DNA of 64,000 bases from Acidobacteriota bacterium (GCA_009840635.1 VXNL01000047.1:510-64509), one strand, 5' to 3'. Positions 1-9,794 are shown, counted from the first letter of the stretch. Notes: generated from the letters alone by a model not told the origin. Program-made: numbers and translations.

Positions 1-116
1 GGTTTCGCCGCGCGGCCTCGGCAAGCGACGGTTGGTCCTCCTGAGCGGACCGTGAGGGAGCCGTGCTCCCTGCTGTCGCGATCAGGAGGCCGAAGACGAA
101 AACCGCGACGAACGGC

Positions 117-1340
117 TCAGGCCTTGACGGGATTGCCGAAGCGGTCCCGCAGGACGTAAGGCGGCAGGCGATGTTTCTCGCGGAACATCTGGGTACGGAC
201 GGAACCCGTGACATGGGACGCGATGTCTCTCCCGGTGAGCAGATAGACGACAGTGGGGCAAAGGTCGCGCCGCATCACCTGCTCGGAGAAGACCGCGCCC
301 TGCCGGAAGTCGGGGCCGACCCCGAGCGTCCAGACGTTGTGGGCGTAGTAGTTCCCCTGCGAGTGATGGAGCTGTCCGTACACGTTGACCTCGTCGTCAC
401 GGCCGCACTCGGGCCGCAGCAGGATCGAGGTGGTGTCACGCAGGTACGGATCGTTCTGGATGAAATCGTGGAGGTTGCCGATGAGCTCGTCGGTGGCCGC
501 AATATGGCGCCGGTACTGCTCGTAGTCGGTGTCGTAGTCCCAAAAACCCGCATCGGCGTGGGCGTCGTCGAGCGCGAGCATCTGGATGGTGATCAGCTTG
601 GGCCGGAAATCCCGGAGCAGGTGCTTCGCGATCTCGAAGCACTGCCCGTCGCCGAGCGGCACCTCCCGGTCCACGAGCGAGGTCTTCGTGGACGCCGGAA
701 GGTCGGTCCGCCGGGAGACGGCGTCGGCCAGCCAGTCCTCGAGGTCCTTCCGCGTCTGCCGGGTGTGGCCGAGCCCCGGTTCGATGTTCGCATTCACGAG
801 AGCCGCCGCCGACTGCTCCTGATCGTCGTGGAACAGCTTGTTCATGGTCAGCGAATTCGCGCCGAACTGCAGCCCTCCGTCCGGGTGGGCGCTCCAGTGC
901 TTCCGGTCGAAGACCCACGACCGGTAGTAGCTGACTCCCTGGAGCATCCAGTAGTCGTTCACCGAACCGCCGAGTTCCTTCCGCACCGTCTCGGTCCAGG
1001 TCGGATAGAGCGGATGCTCCGAGACCGTCTCCCGGCCGGTCAGCATCTCGGTGTACATGTAGCCGTGGAGGTTCGCGGTCTCGCCGAAGTCCTCGGTGAA
1101 GACGCTGCCGGCGTCCATCATCCGGGCCATGTGCGGCGCGTGCGCCCGGTCCTCGACGGTGTCCTTCTTCCGGCAGCCGTTGCCGTAGAGGATGACGACG
1201 AGGTGCTTCGTCTTCAGGCTCGCGTCGGGGACGACGGCGGTCCGGTCGGGCGTGGCGGCGAGCAGCCGGTTGGCGCTTCCGCCGAGACCGAGTGCCGCCA
1301 CGCCGGCGGCGCCCAGAAAACGTCGGCGGTTCATGCTCAT
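117..1340 (-). CDS. Tat-signal secreted hydrolase-like protein, family not resolved; start trimmed to the internal ATG that precedes the RRRFLGAAG twin-arginine motif
   Basis: ORF 117..1505(-). The MSMNRRRFLGAAGVAALGLGG Tat-type signal begins at codon 56, and CAT is present at 1338-1340 on the + strand. The remaining 408 aa read as a coherent protein. Start overlaps the stop of the upstream gene (ATGA-type coupling). Confidence 0.75.
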   Translation of the reverse strand: MSMNRRRFLGAAGVAALGLGGSANRLLAATPDRTAVVPDASLKTKHLVVILYGNGCRKKDTVEDRAHAPHMARMMDAGSVFTEDFGETANLHGYMYTEMLTGRETVSEHPLYPTWTETVRKELGGSVNDYWMLQGVSYYRSWVFDRKHWSAHPDGGLQFGANSLTMNKLFHDDQEQSAAALVNANIEPGLGHTRQTRKDLEDWLADAVSRRTDLPASTKTSLVDREVPLGDGQCFEIAKHLLRDFRPKLITIQMLALDDAHADAGFWDYDTDYEQYRRHIAATDELIGNLHDFIQNDPYLRDTTSILLRPECGRDDEVNVYGQLHHSQGNYYAHNVWTLGVGPDFRQGAVFSEQVMRRDLCPTVVYLLTGRDIASHVTGSVRTQMFREKHRLPPYVLRDRFGNPVKA

Positions 1341-2797
1341 TGCGGCGACGGCTCCGTGGCCCTGGGTCTTTTCGTTTCGTCGGGCAGGAACACCACTTCC
1401 AGGCCGCGGACCTCTTCGTCGCGGACCGGATTCAGGTTCAGGTAGTTCTGCGCCCGGTCGGAGACATTGACCCGGGACACGGTGTAGGTGCCGCGCTCCT
1501 GCCACTCCGCGATCTTGAGGGCCCCACGGAAGACGTTCGGTTGCGGCACCAGGGAGGGCCGGTTCAGCGGCGGGTTCCTGCTCTCGAGCTCCACCCGGAC
1601 CAGGTCGGCGCCGCTCGCGCTCTGGAAGGACACGTAGACCTTGTCCACCCCGCTCAGGTTGTCTTCCACCAGGGCGGCCACCGGGATGGAGTCGCTGGCG
1701 AGCGCTTCGCGCTGCGGCAGTTCCACGGCGAGCAGTACCGGCGGGTCGTCGTCGCGCTTCTCGGGTTTCTCGCCCACCAGCACACCCACGTCGGCGAGCA
1801 CCGGCGAAGTCGCGGCGAAGATCAGGGCGCTGTTCCGCGCCGCGTCATAGAGCTCGACCTTCTGGACCGTCCAGCGGCCGCCCTCGTACCACTCGGGAAT
1901 GGAGAAGGCCCCGAGAAAGCGGCCCGGGTTCCGGGCGTCACCGATCAGGTCCGCCCGGACGGACCGCCTTCCCGAGGGGCTGACGAACACGGCCCGCGCC
2001 TGGGTCGGACCCGCGAGGTTGTCCTCGGCGAAGGCCTCCACCCGGATGGTGTCGCCGACGCTCGCTTCCGGGGTCAGGATTTCGAGGGAGCGGAGCGTGG
2101 GCGGGGTCAGGTCCGCCGCCGGGTTCTGCGCGACCACGAAGTAGGCCGGGCTGCCGTCCGGCGCCCGCATCACCGGGTTGAACTCGGTGGAATACGCCTT
2201 CTTGTGCCCGTGCTCGTCGGTGATCATGGTGGAGCCGACGTTGTAGCGGCCGCCCGGGTGGTGGCGGTCCACCCTGCCGCGCCCGAGATAGAGGTTTTTG
2301 TCCTTCTCGTGGGGCTTGAAGTTCATGTAGATGACCGAGGCCCGGCCGTACTCCTGGCTCCAGAACTCCGCAACGAACCGCCGCCCCTTTTCGAAGGCCG
2401 GCTCCACCCTGGCGATCGCCCGCACCGTGTCCCCGGGATCCACCTCCAGGTCGATGACGCGGAACTCGGTCAGCGCGGTCGAACGGTGCTCACCGCTCAA
2501 CTCCCGCTGGGCCGGTTGGGTGCCGCGCCGGCGGTACTGAAAGACCTCGGGGATGTAGTCCTCGTCGGCGACCCCGAGCTGGCCGGTCACGTCGGCGCTC
2601 GCCGGTTCCGTCCCCTGGGTTACGTCGTCGACGATCTCGAAGGGATAGGCCGCAGGGTCGGCGAGCCCCGGCTTGTCCTTCCCGGTCTTCGCCTGGCCCA
2701 CCTCCTCGTCCTGCCTCGCGGGCTGCGATTCCGCCCGCTGGGCCAGACCCGCCGACGCGCCGAACAACGCGGCGAGAACCACAAAACGCACTGACAT
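1337..2797 (-). CDS. secreted hypothetical protein with two tandem ~100-aa internal repeats
   Basis: ORF 1337..2860(-). A signal-peptide-like MSVRFVVLAALFGASAGLA starts at the internal ATG (CAT at 2795-2797). Two repeated blocks, roughly D.PP.L..E..P.A..D.I.V.A..EDNL.G...V.SPSG, occur at about aa 250-300 and 340-390. Confidence 0.7.
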   Translation of the reverse strand: MSVRFVVLAALFGASAGLAQRAESQPARQDEEVGQAKTGKDKPGLADPAAYPFEIVDDVTQGTEPASADVTGQLGVADEDYIPEVFQYRRRGTQPAQRELSGEHRSTALTEFRVIDLEVDPGDTVRAIARVEPAFEKGRRFVAEFWSQEYGRASVIYMNFKPHEKDKNLYLGRGRVDRHHPGGRYNVGSTMITDEHGHKKAYSTEFNPVMRAPDGSPAYFVVAQNPAADLTPPTLRSLEILTPEASVGDTIRVEAFAEDNLAGPTQARAVFVSPSGRRSVRADLIGDARNPGRFLGAFSIPEWYEGGRWTVQKVELYDAARNSALIFAATSPVLADVGVLVGEKPEKRDDDPPVLLAVELPQREALASDSIPVAALVEDNLSGVDKVYVSFQSASGADLVRVELESRNPPLNRPSLVPQPNVFRGALKIAEWQERGTYTVSRVNVSDRAQNYLNLNPVRDEEVRGLEVVFLPDETKRPRATEPSPQ

Positions 2798-2896
2798 CAA
2801 GGGGAAACCGAGCCGATCAGCCAATATATCATCCGCCCCCCGGCGCTCCGCCCCACTCACCGGGGCTCCGTTTTCCCGGCGCCTTCCAGAAAGAAC

Positions 2897-4204
2897 ATGC
2901 CTCTATTCGCTCGCCGTTTCGGCCACATGGGCACCGAAAACGCCTTCAAGATCGGGGAAGACATGGCCCGCGCCCGGGCGCGCGGCGTGGATGTCATTCC
3001 GTTCACCATCGGCGAGCCCGACTTCGACAGCGCCCCGCACATCAACGAAGCGGGGATCGCGGCGATCCGGGCCGGAGACACCCACTACACCGATCCCGCC
3101 GGGATCGCGCCGCTCCGGGAAGCGCTCGCCGCCTACGTATCCCGGACGCGCGGAATCGAGGTCACGGCGGACCGGATCATCATCCTCCCGGGGGCGAAAC
3201 CCGCGATCGGCTACACGATGATGGCCTACGTGGACCCCGGCGACGAGGTGATCTATCCAAGTCCCGGGTTCCCGATCTACGAGTCGTGGGTCACCTACCT
3301 CGGGGGGGTGCCGAAACCGCTCGTCCTCCGGGAGGAGCGGGGCTTCTCCTTCACCGTGGACGACCTGGACCGTCTGCTCACCGAGAGGACGAAGGTCCTG
3401 ATGCTGTGCTCGCCTTCGAATCCCACGGGCGGCGTGCTTCCAAGGAGCCTGCTCGAGGAGGTCGCCGCTTTGGTCAAGGAGCGGGGCCGTCCGGACATCC
3501 GCATCTACTCGGACGAGATCTACGAGCACATCACCTTCGACGGCTTCGAGCACACCTCGATGGCTTCCCTGCCGGGCATGGACCGGCACACGATCATCGC
3601 GAGCGGGCACTCCAAGGGTTACGCGATGACCGGCTGGAGGCTCGGCTGGTGCGTACTTCCCACCGCGGAAGAAGCCCTCCGGTTCAAGCAGATCAACATC
3701 AACACGGTGAGCTGCGTCCCTCCCTTCATCCAGCAGGCCGCCCGCGAGGCGCTCGAGAACCCGAAGACCTGGGAGGTGGTGGGCTCGATGGTCGCCGAGT
3801 TCAAGCGGCGGCGCGACTACGTCGTGCCGGCGCTGAACGCCATCCCCGGGATCACCTGCGCGAATCCCCTCGGGGCCTTCTACGTCTTTCCGAACATCAC
3901 GGGCGTCTGCGAGTCCCTCGGCGCCAACGCGCACTTCGAGTCGCTGCCCGATTCCCTGAAGGCGAGCACCAGCCCGGCGACCCTGATTTCCCGGTTCCTC
4001 CTCTACTACCACGGGGTCGCCCTGGTCGACCGCCGCAGCTTCGGCGTGATCGGCAGCGAGGGACAGAACTTCCTGCGGCTCTCCTACGCGGCGGACATGG
4101 ACTCGATCCGCGAAGGCATCCGGCGGATCGCCGCCGGGGTCGCCGACCACGACGGGTTCGCCCGCTTCCTCAACGATCAAACCGCCCTGGGACTTGCCGC
4201 ATGA
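2897..4204 (+). CDS. pyridoxal-phosphate-dependent aminotransferase, class I/II (aspartate/aromatic aminotransferase-like)
   Basis: 435 aa. Family motifs are present: GEPDF, CSPSNPTG and the SGHSKGYAMTGWRLGW lysine region. Confidence 0.9.
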   Translation: MPLFARRFGHMGTENAFKIGEDMARARARGVDVIPFTIGEPDFDSAPHINEAGIAAIRAGDTHYTDPAGIAPLREALAAYVSRTRGIEVTADRIIILPGAKPAIGYTMMAYVDPGDEVIYPSPGFPIYESWVTYLGGVPKPLVLREERGFSFTVDDLDRLLTERTKVLMLCSPSNPTGGVLPRSLLEEVAALVKERGRPDIRIYSDEIYEHITFDGFEHTSMASLPGMDRHTIIASGHSKGYAMTGWRLGWCVLPTAEEALRFKQININTVSCVPPFIQQAAREALENPKTWEVVGSMVAEFKRRRDYVVPALNAIPGITCANPLGAFYVFPNITGVCESLGANAHFESLPDSLKASTSPATLISRFLLYYHGVALVDRRSFGVIGSEGQNFLRLSYAADMDSIREGIRRIAAGVADHDGFARFLNDQTALGLAA

Positions 4205-5223
4205 GCCGCATCTTCGTTACCCGCCCCATCCCCGAAGCCGGCCTCGCCATCCTGCGCGCCGCGGCCGAGGTGGAAGTGGCGCCCACCGCCGACGGCGATT
4301 CGACTCCCCGGGACCAGGTGCTCGCCGGCGCCCGGAGCGCCGACGTCCACGTCTCCCTGTTGACCGAGGCTGTGGACCGGGAACTCATGGAGTCCGCCCC
4401 GCGGCTGCTCGGGGTGGCCAACTACGCCGTCGGCTTCAACAACGTGGATGTGGCCGCGGCGACCGAACTCGGTCTGCCCATCACCAACACCCCCGGCGTC
4501 CTCACCGACACGACCGCGGATCTGGCGTGGACGCTGCTGATGTCAGTCGCGCGCCGGGTGGTTCCGGCGGACGCCTACATGCGGGGCGGCCGGTACCGGA
4601 TCTGGGGGCCGTCGCTGATGCTGGGCGCCGACATCAGCCCCGGCGGCAACGAGCGCCGGAAGGTGCTCGGGGTCGTCGGCTTCGGGCGGATCGGACAGGC
4701 GATGCACCGGCGGGCGCAGGGGTTCGACATGGACGTGCTGGCCTTCGATCCGCCGATGAAGGCGATCATCGAGGCCCGCCCGGACGTGGAATACGCCGAG
4801 TTCGACGACCTGCTCGCGCGCAGCGATTTCGTGACGATCCACACCGACCTCAATCCCTCGACGCACCACCTCTTCGACGCGGCGGCCTTCGCCCGGATGA
4901 AGAAGAGCGCGATCCTCATCAATAGCGCACGGGGTCCCGTGGTCGACGAAGCGGCCCTCGTCGATGCCCTCAAGTCCGGCGAGATCGGGGGGGCGGGGCT
5001 CGACGTCTTCGAGCACGAGCCGGCGTTCCATCCGGGACTCGCCGAGTGCGACAACGTGGTGATGCTGCCCCACATCGCGAGCGGCAGCGTGGCGACGCGG
5101 GACCGCATGGCCACCATGTGCGCCGAGAACGCGGTGGCCCACCTGAACCGGCAGCGCGCGCCGAACTGCGTGAACCCGGAGGTTTACGACACGGAGGCGT
5201 ACCGGCGGCGAACATCCCGGTAG
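4201..5223 (+). CDS. D-isomer-specific 2-hydroxyacid dehydrogenase (glyoxylate/hydroxypyruvate reductase-like)
   Basis: ATG at 4201 overlaps the aminotransferase stop (ATGA). Motifs: GVVGFGRIGQAM Rossmann fold, NSARGPVVDEAAL, GLDVFEHEP. The long ORF 3286..5223 is an out-of-frame upstream artefact. Confidence 0.9.
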   Translation: MSRIFVTRPIPEAGLAILRAAAEVEVAPTADGDSTPRDQVLAGARSADVHVSLLTEAVDRELMESAPRLLGVANYAVGFNNVDVAAATELGLPITNTPGVLTDTTADLAWTLLMSVARRVVPADAYMRGGRYRIWGPSLMLGADISPGGNERRKVLGVVGFGRIGQAMHRRAQGFDMDVLAFDPPMKAIIEARPDVEYAEFDDLLARSDFVTIHTDLNPSTHHLFDAAAFARMKKSAILINSARGPVVDEAALVDALKSGEIGGAGLDVFEHEPAFHPGLAECDNVVMLPHIASGSVATRDRMATMCAENAVAHLNRQRAPNCVNPEVYDTEAYRRRTSR

Positions 5224-5293
5224 GCGAGTGTGTGAACCCGATTGACGCCCGGCATCCGGGATCGATCGGCGCGGCTCCGGCCGTCAGGCCGCG

Positions 5294-6796
5294 ATGAGCC
5301 AGACCTTCGTCATCGTCGCCGTCTGCGTCTATCTGGCGGGGCTCCTCTTCCTGGGGGCCGTCGCCTCCACGAGGATCCGGAACGCCACCGACTTCGTGGT
5401 CGCGGGCCGCCGGCTCGGCCTGGGGCTCTGCACGTTCACGCTGTTTGCTACCTGGTTCGGGGGAGGCACGCTGATCGGGGCGGCCGGAGCCTCCTACGCC
5501 GGCGGCCTGAATGCGGTGGTGGCCGATCCCTTCGGCGCCGCGCTCTGCCTGCTACTGGCCGGCGCGTTCTACGTGCGGCTGCTCCGTCGCCTGCGGCTCC
5601 TGACGGTCCCCGATTTCTTCCGGCGCCGTTTCGGAAGATCGGCCGAAATCCTGTCCGCGCTTTCGATCCTTCCCGCCTATATCGGCTGGGTGGGATCGCA
5701 GTTGCTGGCGGTGGGGACGGTGCTCTCCGCGATGGCGGGTCTCCCGTTTGTCGCCAGCATCCTGATCGCTGCCGCGATCGTCCTCGTCTACACGGTGCTC
5801 GGCGGCATGTGGGGCGTGACCCTCACCGATTTCTTCCAGGCGGTGGTCCTGATTGCGGCGATCTGCGTGCTGCTGCCGATCGTCCTCGGGGCGGCCGGGG
5901 GAATCTCCTCGGTGCTCGACGCCCTGCCGGAGGGCCGGACCCGATTCCTGCCGACCGGCGGCCTGCTTGAATGGCTCTTCTTCGTGCAGGCCTGGCTGCT
6001 GATCGGCCTCGGGAACCTGCCCGGCCAGGACCTCATGCAGCGGGCCCTCAGCTCGAAGAGCGAGCGCGTCGCGCAGTGGTCCGCCTACTTCGGCGGCTCG
6101 CTCTACCTGGTGGTCGGCCTGATTCCGGTGGCGCTCGGAATGATCGGCTCGGTGCTTATGCCGGGCCTGCAGAACCCGGAAGAGATCGTGCCGCGTCTCG
6201 CCATGGAGTACCTGCCGCCCGCCGGACTCGCCCTCTTCCTGGGCGCGCTCTTCTCGGCGCTCATGAGCTCGGCCGACAGCGGTCTGCTCGCGCCGGCGAG
6301 CGTCTTCGGGCAGAACATCGTGCGCAATCTGGCGCCCGACCTGAAGCCGAAGGAGGTCCTGGCCGCCGTCCGGGTGGGAGTCGTCATCTTCTGCGGACTC
6401 GCGCTCGCGGTGGCGCTCTGGTTCCAGAGCGTCTACACGCTCATGGTCGAATCGTGGACCGTGATGATGGTCGGTCTCTTCGGTCCGCTCACCCTGGGGA
6501 TGTACTGGAAGCGGACGAACACGCCGGGCTGCGTGAGCGGCATCCTGGCCGGGCTGGTCGTGTGGCTGGGGCTCGTCGGGTTGGAACTCGTCTCCGGCGC
6601 GGCCTCCCCCGACGAGGTCCGGGAACTGCCGAACGCGCTCATCGCCACCCCGGTGTCCCTGCTGGTGACGGTCGCCGTCTCCCTGCTGACCGCGAAGAGC
6701 CACCCTCCGCGGGCGCTCACCGACCCCTCGGGAGCGCCGATCGAGGCGAAGGGCCGGCTCGGGACCCTGGGACTCCGCCCGCCGGCGTCCGCCTAG
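5294..6796 (+). CDS. sodium:solute symporter family (SSF) transporter
   Basis: 500 aa with about 13 predicted hydrophobic helices and an SSF-like layout (GRRLG near the N-terminus, GGxxG motifs). Confidence 0.85.
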   Translation: MSQTFVIVAVCVYLAGLLFLGAVASTRIRNATDFVVAGRRLGLGLCTFTLFATWFGGGTLIGAAGASYAGGLNAVVADPFGAALCLLLAGAFYVRLLRRLRLLTVPDFFRRRFGRSAEILSALSILPAYIGWVGSQLLAVGTVLSAMAGLPFVASILIAAAIVLVYTVLGGMWGVTLTDFFQAVVLIAAICVLLPIVLGAAGGISSVLDALPEGRTRFLPTGGLLEWLFFVQAWLLIGLGNLPGQDLMQRALSSKSERVAQWSAYFGGSLYLVVGLIPVALGMIGSVLMPGLQNPEEIVPRLAMEYLPPAGLALFLGALFSALMSSADSGLLAPASVFGQNIVRNLAPDLKPKEVLAAVRVGVVIFCGLALAVALWFQSVYTLMVESWTVMMVGLFGPLTLGMYWKRTNTPGCVSGILAGLVVWLGLVGLELVSGAASPDEVRELPNALIATPVSLLVTVAVSLLTAKSHPPRALTDPSGAPIEAKGRLGTLGLRPPASA

Positions 6797-6809
6797 TCCT
6801 GGCGGCCCC

Positions 6810-7454
6810 ATGACGTCCGCGCCGCCCTGGCGGGTCGCGCCGACCGCGCCCCGCCACGCGGAGGCGCTCGCCGAACTCACGCGGATCGTCTTCCCCACGC
6901 TCGATCCTTCGGAGTGCTTCGCAGCGGACCATTACCGGAAGCACGTCGAGATCTTCCCCGAGGGCCAGTTCGTCGTGCTGACGGGCGAGGACAGGCCGGT
7001 CGCGTCGACCACCACCCTGCGGCTGAACCTCGATCTCAGCCGTCCGCAGCACCGCTTCCCCGAGTTCCTGGGAGGGCTGTACCTCGCCGCGCACGACCCC
7101 GGGGGCGAGTGGCTCTACGGCGCCGATCTCGGAGTCCACCCGGACTGGAGGCGGCAGGGAATTGCCCGGGCGCTCTACGCGGCCCGGCAGGCCGTTGCCC
7201 GGCGGCTCGGCCTGCGCGGCCAGCTCACCGTCGGCATGCTGAACGGCTACGGGGCGGTCGCCGGCCGGATGAGCGCCGAGGACTACTACGGGCGGCTGGT
7301 GGCGGGGGAGATCAGGGATCCGACCGTCTCCGCGCAGATGCGGATCGGATTCCGCCCCGGCGGCCTGATCCCCGGCTACGTCCAGGATCCGCGTTGCGGC
7401 GGCTACGGCGTGCTGCTGACCCTTCCCGCGCACCGGCAGGTCTTGTCCGGGTAG
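6810..7454 (+). CDS. GNAT family N-acetyltransferase
   Basis: 214 aa. An acetyl-CoA binding motif RRQGIARALY is present. Confidence 0.8.
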   Translation: MTSAPPWRVAPTAPRHAEALAELTRIVFPTLDPSECFAADHYRKHVEIFPEGQFVVLTGEDRPVASTTTLRLNLDLSRPQHRFPEFLGGLYLAAHDPGGEWLYGADLGVHPDWRRQGIARALYAARQAVARRLGLRGQLTVGMLNGYGAVAGRMSAEDYYGRLVAGEIRDPTVSAQMRIGFRPGGLIPGYVQDPRCGGYGVLLTLPAHRQVLSG

Positions 7455-7492
7455 CGATTCCTCCGAGTTTCCCCTCCCCGTCTACATCCTGT

Positions 7493-7521
7493 TTGACATC
7501 GTGATCAGAGTAATCCATAAA
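7493..7521 (+). promoter_or_regulatory. sigma70-like promoter: -35 TTGACA (7493-7498), 17-nt spacer, -10 CATAAA (7516-7521), in an AT-rich gap
   Basis: Read directly. It sits 30 nt upstream of the ATG at 7551, with an AGGAGA Shine-Dalgarno at about 7537-7542. The local AT-richness is unusual for this 70%-GC DNA. Confidence 0.4.
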
Positions 7522-7534
7522 ACAGACTACTCTG
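7506..7534 (+). promoter_or_regulatory. inverted repeat CAGAGTA-N15-TACTCTG overlapping the -10 region; candidate operator
   Basis: Perfect 7-bp arms at 7506-7512 and 7528-7534. A winged-helix regulator gene lies immediately downstream in the same putative operon. Confidence 0.35.
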
Positions 7535-7550
7535 ACAGGAGACATCCGAT

Positions 7551-8120
7551 ATGGACACATCCACCGCGCGGAGCGACCTCGCTCTGGTCGACCGGATCCT
7601 TCACGACGTCGACCGCACCTTGAACATGCCGCCGCTCATCCTGCTCGCCTGGGGGCTGTTCGCCGCGATCGTCAACGGAGTGCAGCAGGCTCGGGCCGTC
7701 GGCCTTCCCGTACCGTCGGACGGCTCCTTCCAGATTCCGCTGATGCTGCTCGCGATCGGCATCAGCGTGTGGGCCGCGCGCCGTCATGACACCGGACGCG
7801 AAACGCAGATCGACAGCCAGGCGGGAATCACGTTCAGTGTCGCGTTCGGAGTGTTGTTGCTGTTGAATCTCACTGCCCAGCACCGGGTGATTCCCGCGGA
7901 CGCGATGTCGCTGGTCTGGGCCGGGGGAATGAGCATCGCGCTGCTGGTCGTCGGTCTGCAGGCGAGCCGACCGCTGCTGTGGGGCGGTATCGCGCTACTC
8001 GCCGCCGCAGCGCTCGCCAGTTTCGTTCCGGCCGGGTTCCACGGCACGCTTGTCCTCGGTTGGGTGGCGGGGCTCGTGGTTCCCGCCATCGTGCTCTGGG
8101 TGCGGCGCGGTCGTGGATGA
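7551..8120 (+). CDS. integral membrane protein (hypothetical, about 5 TM helices)
   Basis: 189 aa, hydrophobic throughout, with promoter and SD upstream. Confidence 0.7.
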   Translation: MDTSTARSDLALVDRILHDVDRTLNMPPLILLAWGLFAAIVNGVQQARAVGLPVPSDGSFQIPLMLLAIGISVWAARRHDTGRETQIDSQAGITFSVAFGVLLLLNLTAQHRVIPADAMSLVWAGGMSIALLVVGLQASRPLLWGGIALLAAAALASFVPAGFHGTLVLGWVAGLVVPAIVLWVRRGRG

Positions 8121-8391
8121 GCTCCTGCTGTCCCGGGTCCGTCTGGCGGTCATCGCGGAGCTGGTCGCGGTGGAGTGGGCCACCTTCACCGACCTCCAGA
8201 AGTCGGTCAAGGCGACGAACGGGAACCTGAGCGCGCACCTCGGCAAGCTGATCGCGGGCGGGTACGTCGTCGAGCGCAAACGCTTCGTGCGCCGCCGCCC
8301 GCAGACCCGCTATCGGCTGACGGAAGCCGGGCGCACCGCCCTGCTGCAACACGTCGAGCACCTGCAGGCGCTGGTCGCTCCGGAGCGGTGA
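8113..8391 (+). CDS. winged-helix transcriptional regulator (MarR/PadR-like HTH)
   Basis: A GTG at 8113 overlaps the preceding stop. The segment LSRVRLAVIAEL...LSAHLGKLIAGGYVVERKR...RYRLTEAGR is typical of a wHTH. The ORF-track start at 8050 would overlap the upstream gene by 70 nt. Confidence 0.65.
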   Translation: MDELLLSRVRLAVIAELVAVEWATFTDLQKSVKATNGNLSAHLGKLIAGGYVVERKRFVRRRPQTRYRLTEAGRTALLQHVEHLQALVAPER

Positions 8392-8538
8392 TGCGGCGCC
8401 GTGCCGTCTGTAAGATTCGCGCGCGGCGAACGTAGCGAAGACACGTCCCTTTCCAGCGTTCCGCGTGGAGTCCCGGGCCCGGGCATCGTGCCGGGAACCT
8501 TTCCCTGGCGAGCGGCGTAGGCTCCCTGATCCAAGAAC

Positions 8539-9774
8539 ATGAATCCCCCGAAACCGGCTGACCGGCTCGCCGAACTCAAGATCGGCGAAGAACAGCGCGG
8601 TTCGCGCCCGTTCGCGCTGGTGACCGCGATCATCGGCGGGCTGCTGGTGATCGGGGGCGGAGTATCGGCCGTCTTTCTGCTGGGTTCGGAGCCCGAGGTG
8701 CTCGCGGTCCGCACGGCGCGGGTCCGCTCGATCTCGGTGGACGCCGGGATCACGGTGTTGAACGCGAGCGGCTACGTCACGGCGCGCCGCCAGGCCACCG
8801 TCTCGTCCAAGACCGCGGGACAGATCACCGAAATCGCCATCGAGGAGGGCATGGAAGTGACGGCCGGCCAGGTGTTGGCGCGGCTCGATTCATCGAACCT
8901 GGAGCGGACCCTCCGGCTCGCGGAGGCGCAGACCGCGGCGGCCGGCAAGGCGGTCCTCGAGGTGGAGGCCCAGCTCGGCGAAGCGCGCCTCCGTCAGGAG
9001 CGGACCCGGCGCCTCGTGGAGCAGCAGGTCGCCGGACAGGCGGACCTCGACCAGGTGAACGGCGAAGTCGCCACCCTCGAGGCGCGCATCGACCGCCAGC
9101 GCGAGGACATTCGCGTTTCGGAGCGGCAGGTGGAGGTCATCCGCCAGCAGATCGAGGACATGGTCATCCGGGCGCCGTTCGATGGCGTGATCACCGCGAA
9201 GAACGCCCAGCCCGGCGAGATGATGTCTCCCATCGCGGGCGGCGCCGGGTTCACCCGCACCGGGATCGGGACCATCGTGGACATGGCCTCGCTCGAGATC
9301 GAGGTGGACGTCAACGAGGCCTACATCAACCGGGTCTCGCCGGAACAGCCGGTGGACGCCGTCCTCGACTCCTACGACGACTGGACGATCCCGGCGCGGG
9401 TGATCGCCATCATCCCGACCGCCGACCGGGACCGGGCCACGGTGCGGGTGCGGATCGGCTTCGAGGAGCTCGACCCCCGAATCCTGCCGGACATGGGCGT
9501 CAAGGTGAGTTTCCGGTCCGCCGAAGCGGAACCGGAAGAGGCTCCCGAGGGTCTGCTGGTGGACATGGCGGCGGTATTCCCGGACACCGGCCGGGATCTC
9601 GTCTACCTGGTGCGCGACGGGCGCGTCCAGCGCCGCGCCGTGCGGCTCGGGGACCGGCGCGGGTCCGATGTGTTCGTGCTCTCCGGGCTCGTGGAGGGTG
9701 ACCGGGTCGTCGTGGAGGGTCTCGAGGGCCTCGAGGACGGCGCCGAAGTCGAGGAAGCAGCCGCGGCGCCCTAG
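8539..9774 (+). CDS. efflux transporter periplasmic adaptor subunit (HlyD/MacA membrane-fusion family)
   Basis: 411 aa with an N-terminal TM helix, a long coiled-coil region rich in Q, E, R and L, and a C-terminal beta-barrel. Confidence 0.85.
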   Translation: MNPPKPADRLAELKIGEEQRGSRPFALVTAIIGGLLVIGGGVSAVFLLGSEPEVLAVRTARVRSISVDAGITVLNASGYVTARRQATVSSKTAGQITEIAIEEGMEVTAGQVLARLDSSNLERTLRLAEAQTAAAGKAVLEVEAQLGEARLRQERTRRLVEQQVAGQADLDQVNGEVATLEARIDRQREDIRVSERQVEVIRQQIEDMVIRAPFDGVITAKNAQPGEMMSPIAGGAGFTRTGIGTIVDMASLEIEVDVNEAYINRVSPEQPVDAVLDSYDDWTIPARVIAIIPTADRDRATVRVRIGFEELDPRILPDMGVKVSFRSAEAEPEEAPEGLLVDMAAVFPDTGRDLVYLVRDGRVQRRAVRLGDRRGSDVFVLSGLVEGDRVVVEGLEGLEDGAEVEEAAAAP

Positions 9775-9794
9775 CGGCGGGTGAACAGATTCAC

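Noticed and set aside
63-2794. Long ORFs 63..1445(+) and 1292..2794(+) of 460-500 aa on the strand opposite the two secreted-protein genes
   Set aside because: Their translations are low-complexity R/G/P/V-rich strings with no motifs, typical of antisense ORFs in 70%-GC DNA. The minus-strand ORFs have signal peptides and a coherent composition.
2903-6898. ORFs 2903..4180(-), 3286..5223(+) N-terminal part, 4194..4925(+), 5242..5970(+), 5552..6898(-) and 5971..6813(+)
   Set aside because: All overlap the recognisable aminotransferase, 2-hydroxyacid dehydrogenase and SSF genes in other frames and have Arg/Pro/Gly-dominated, non-protein-like sequence.
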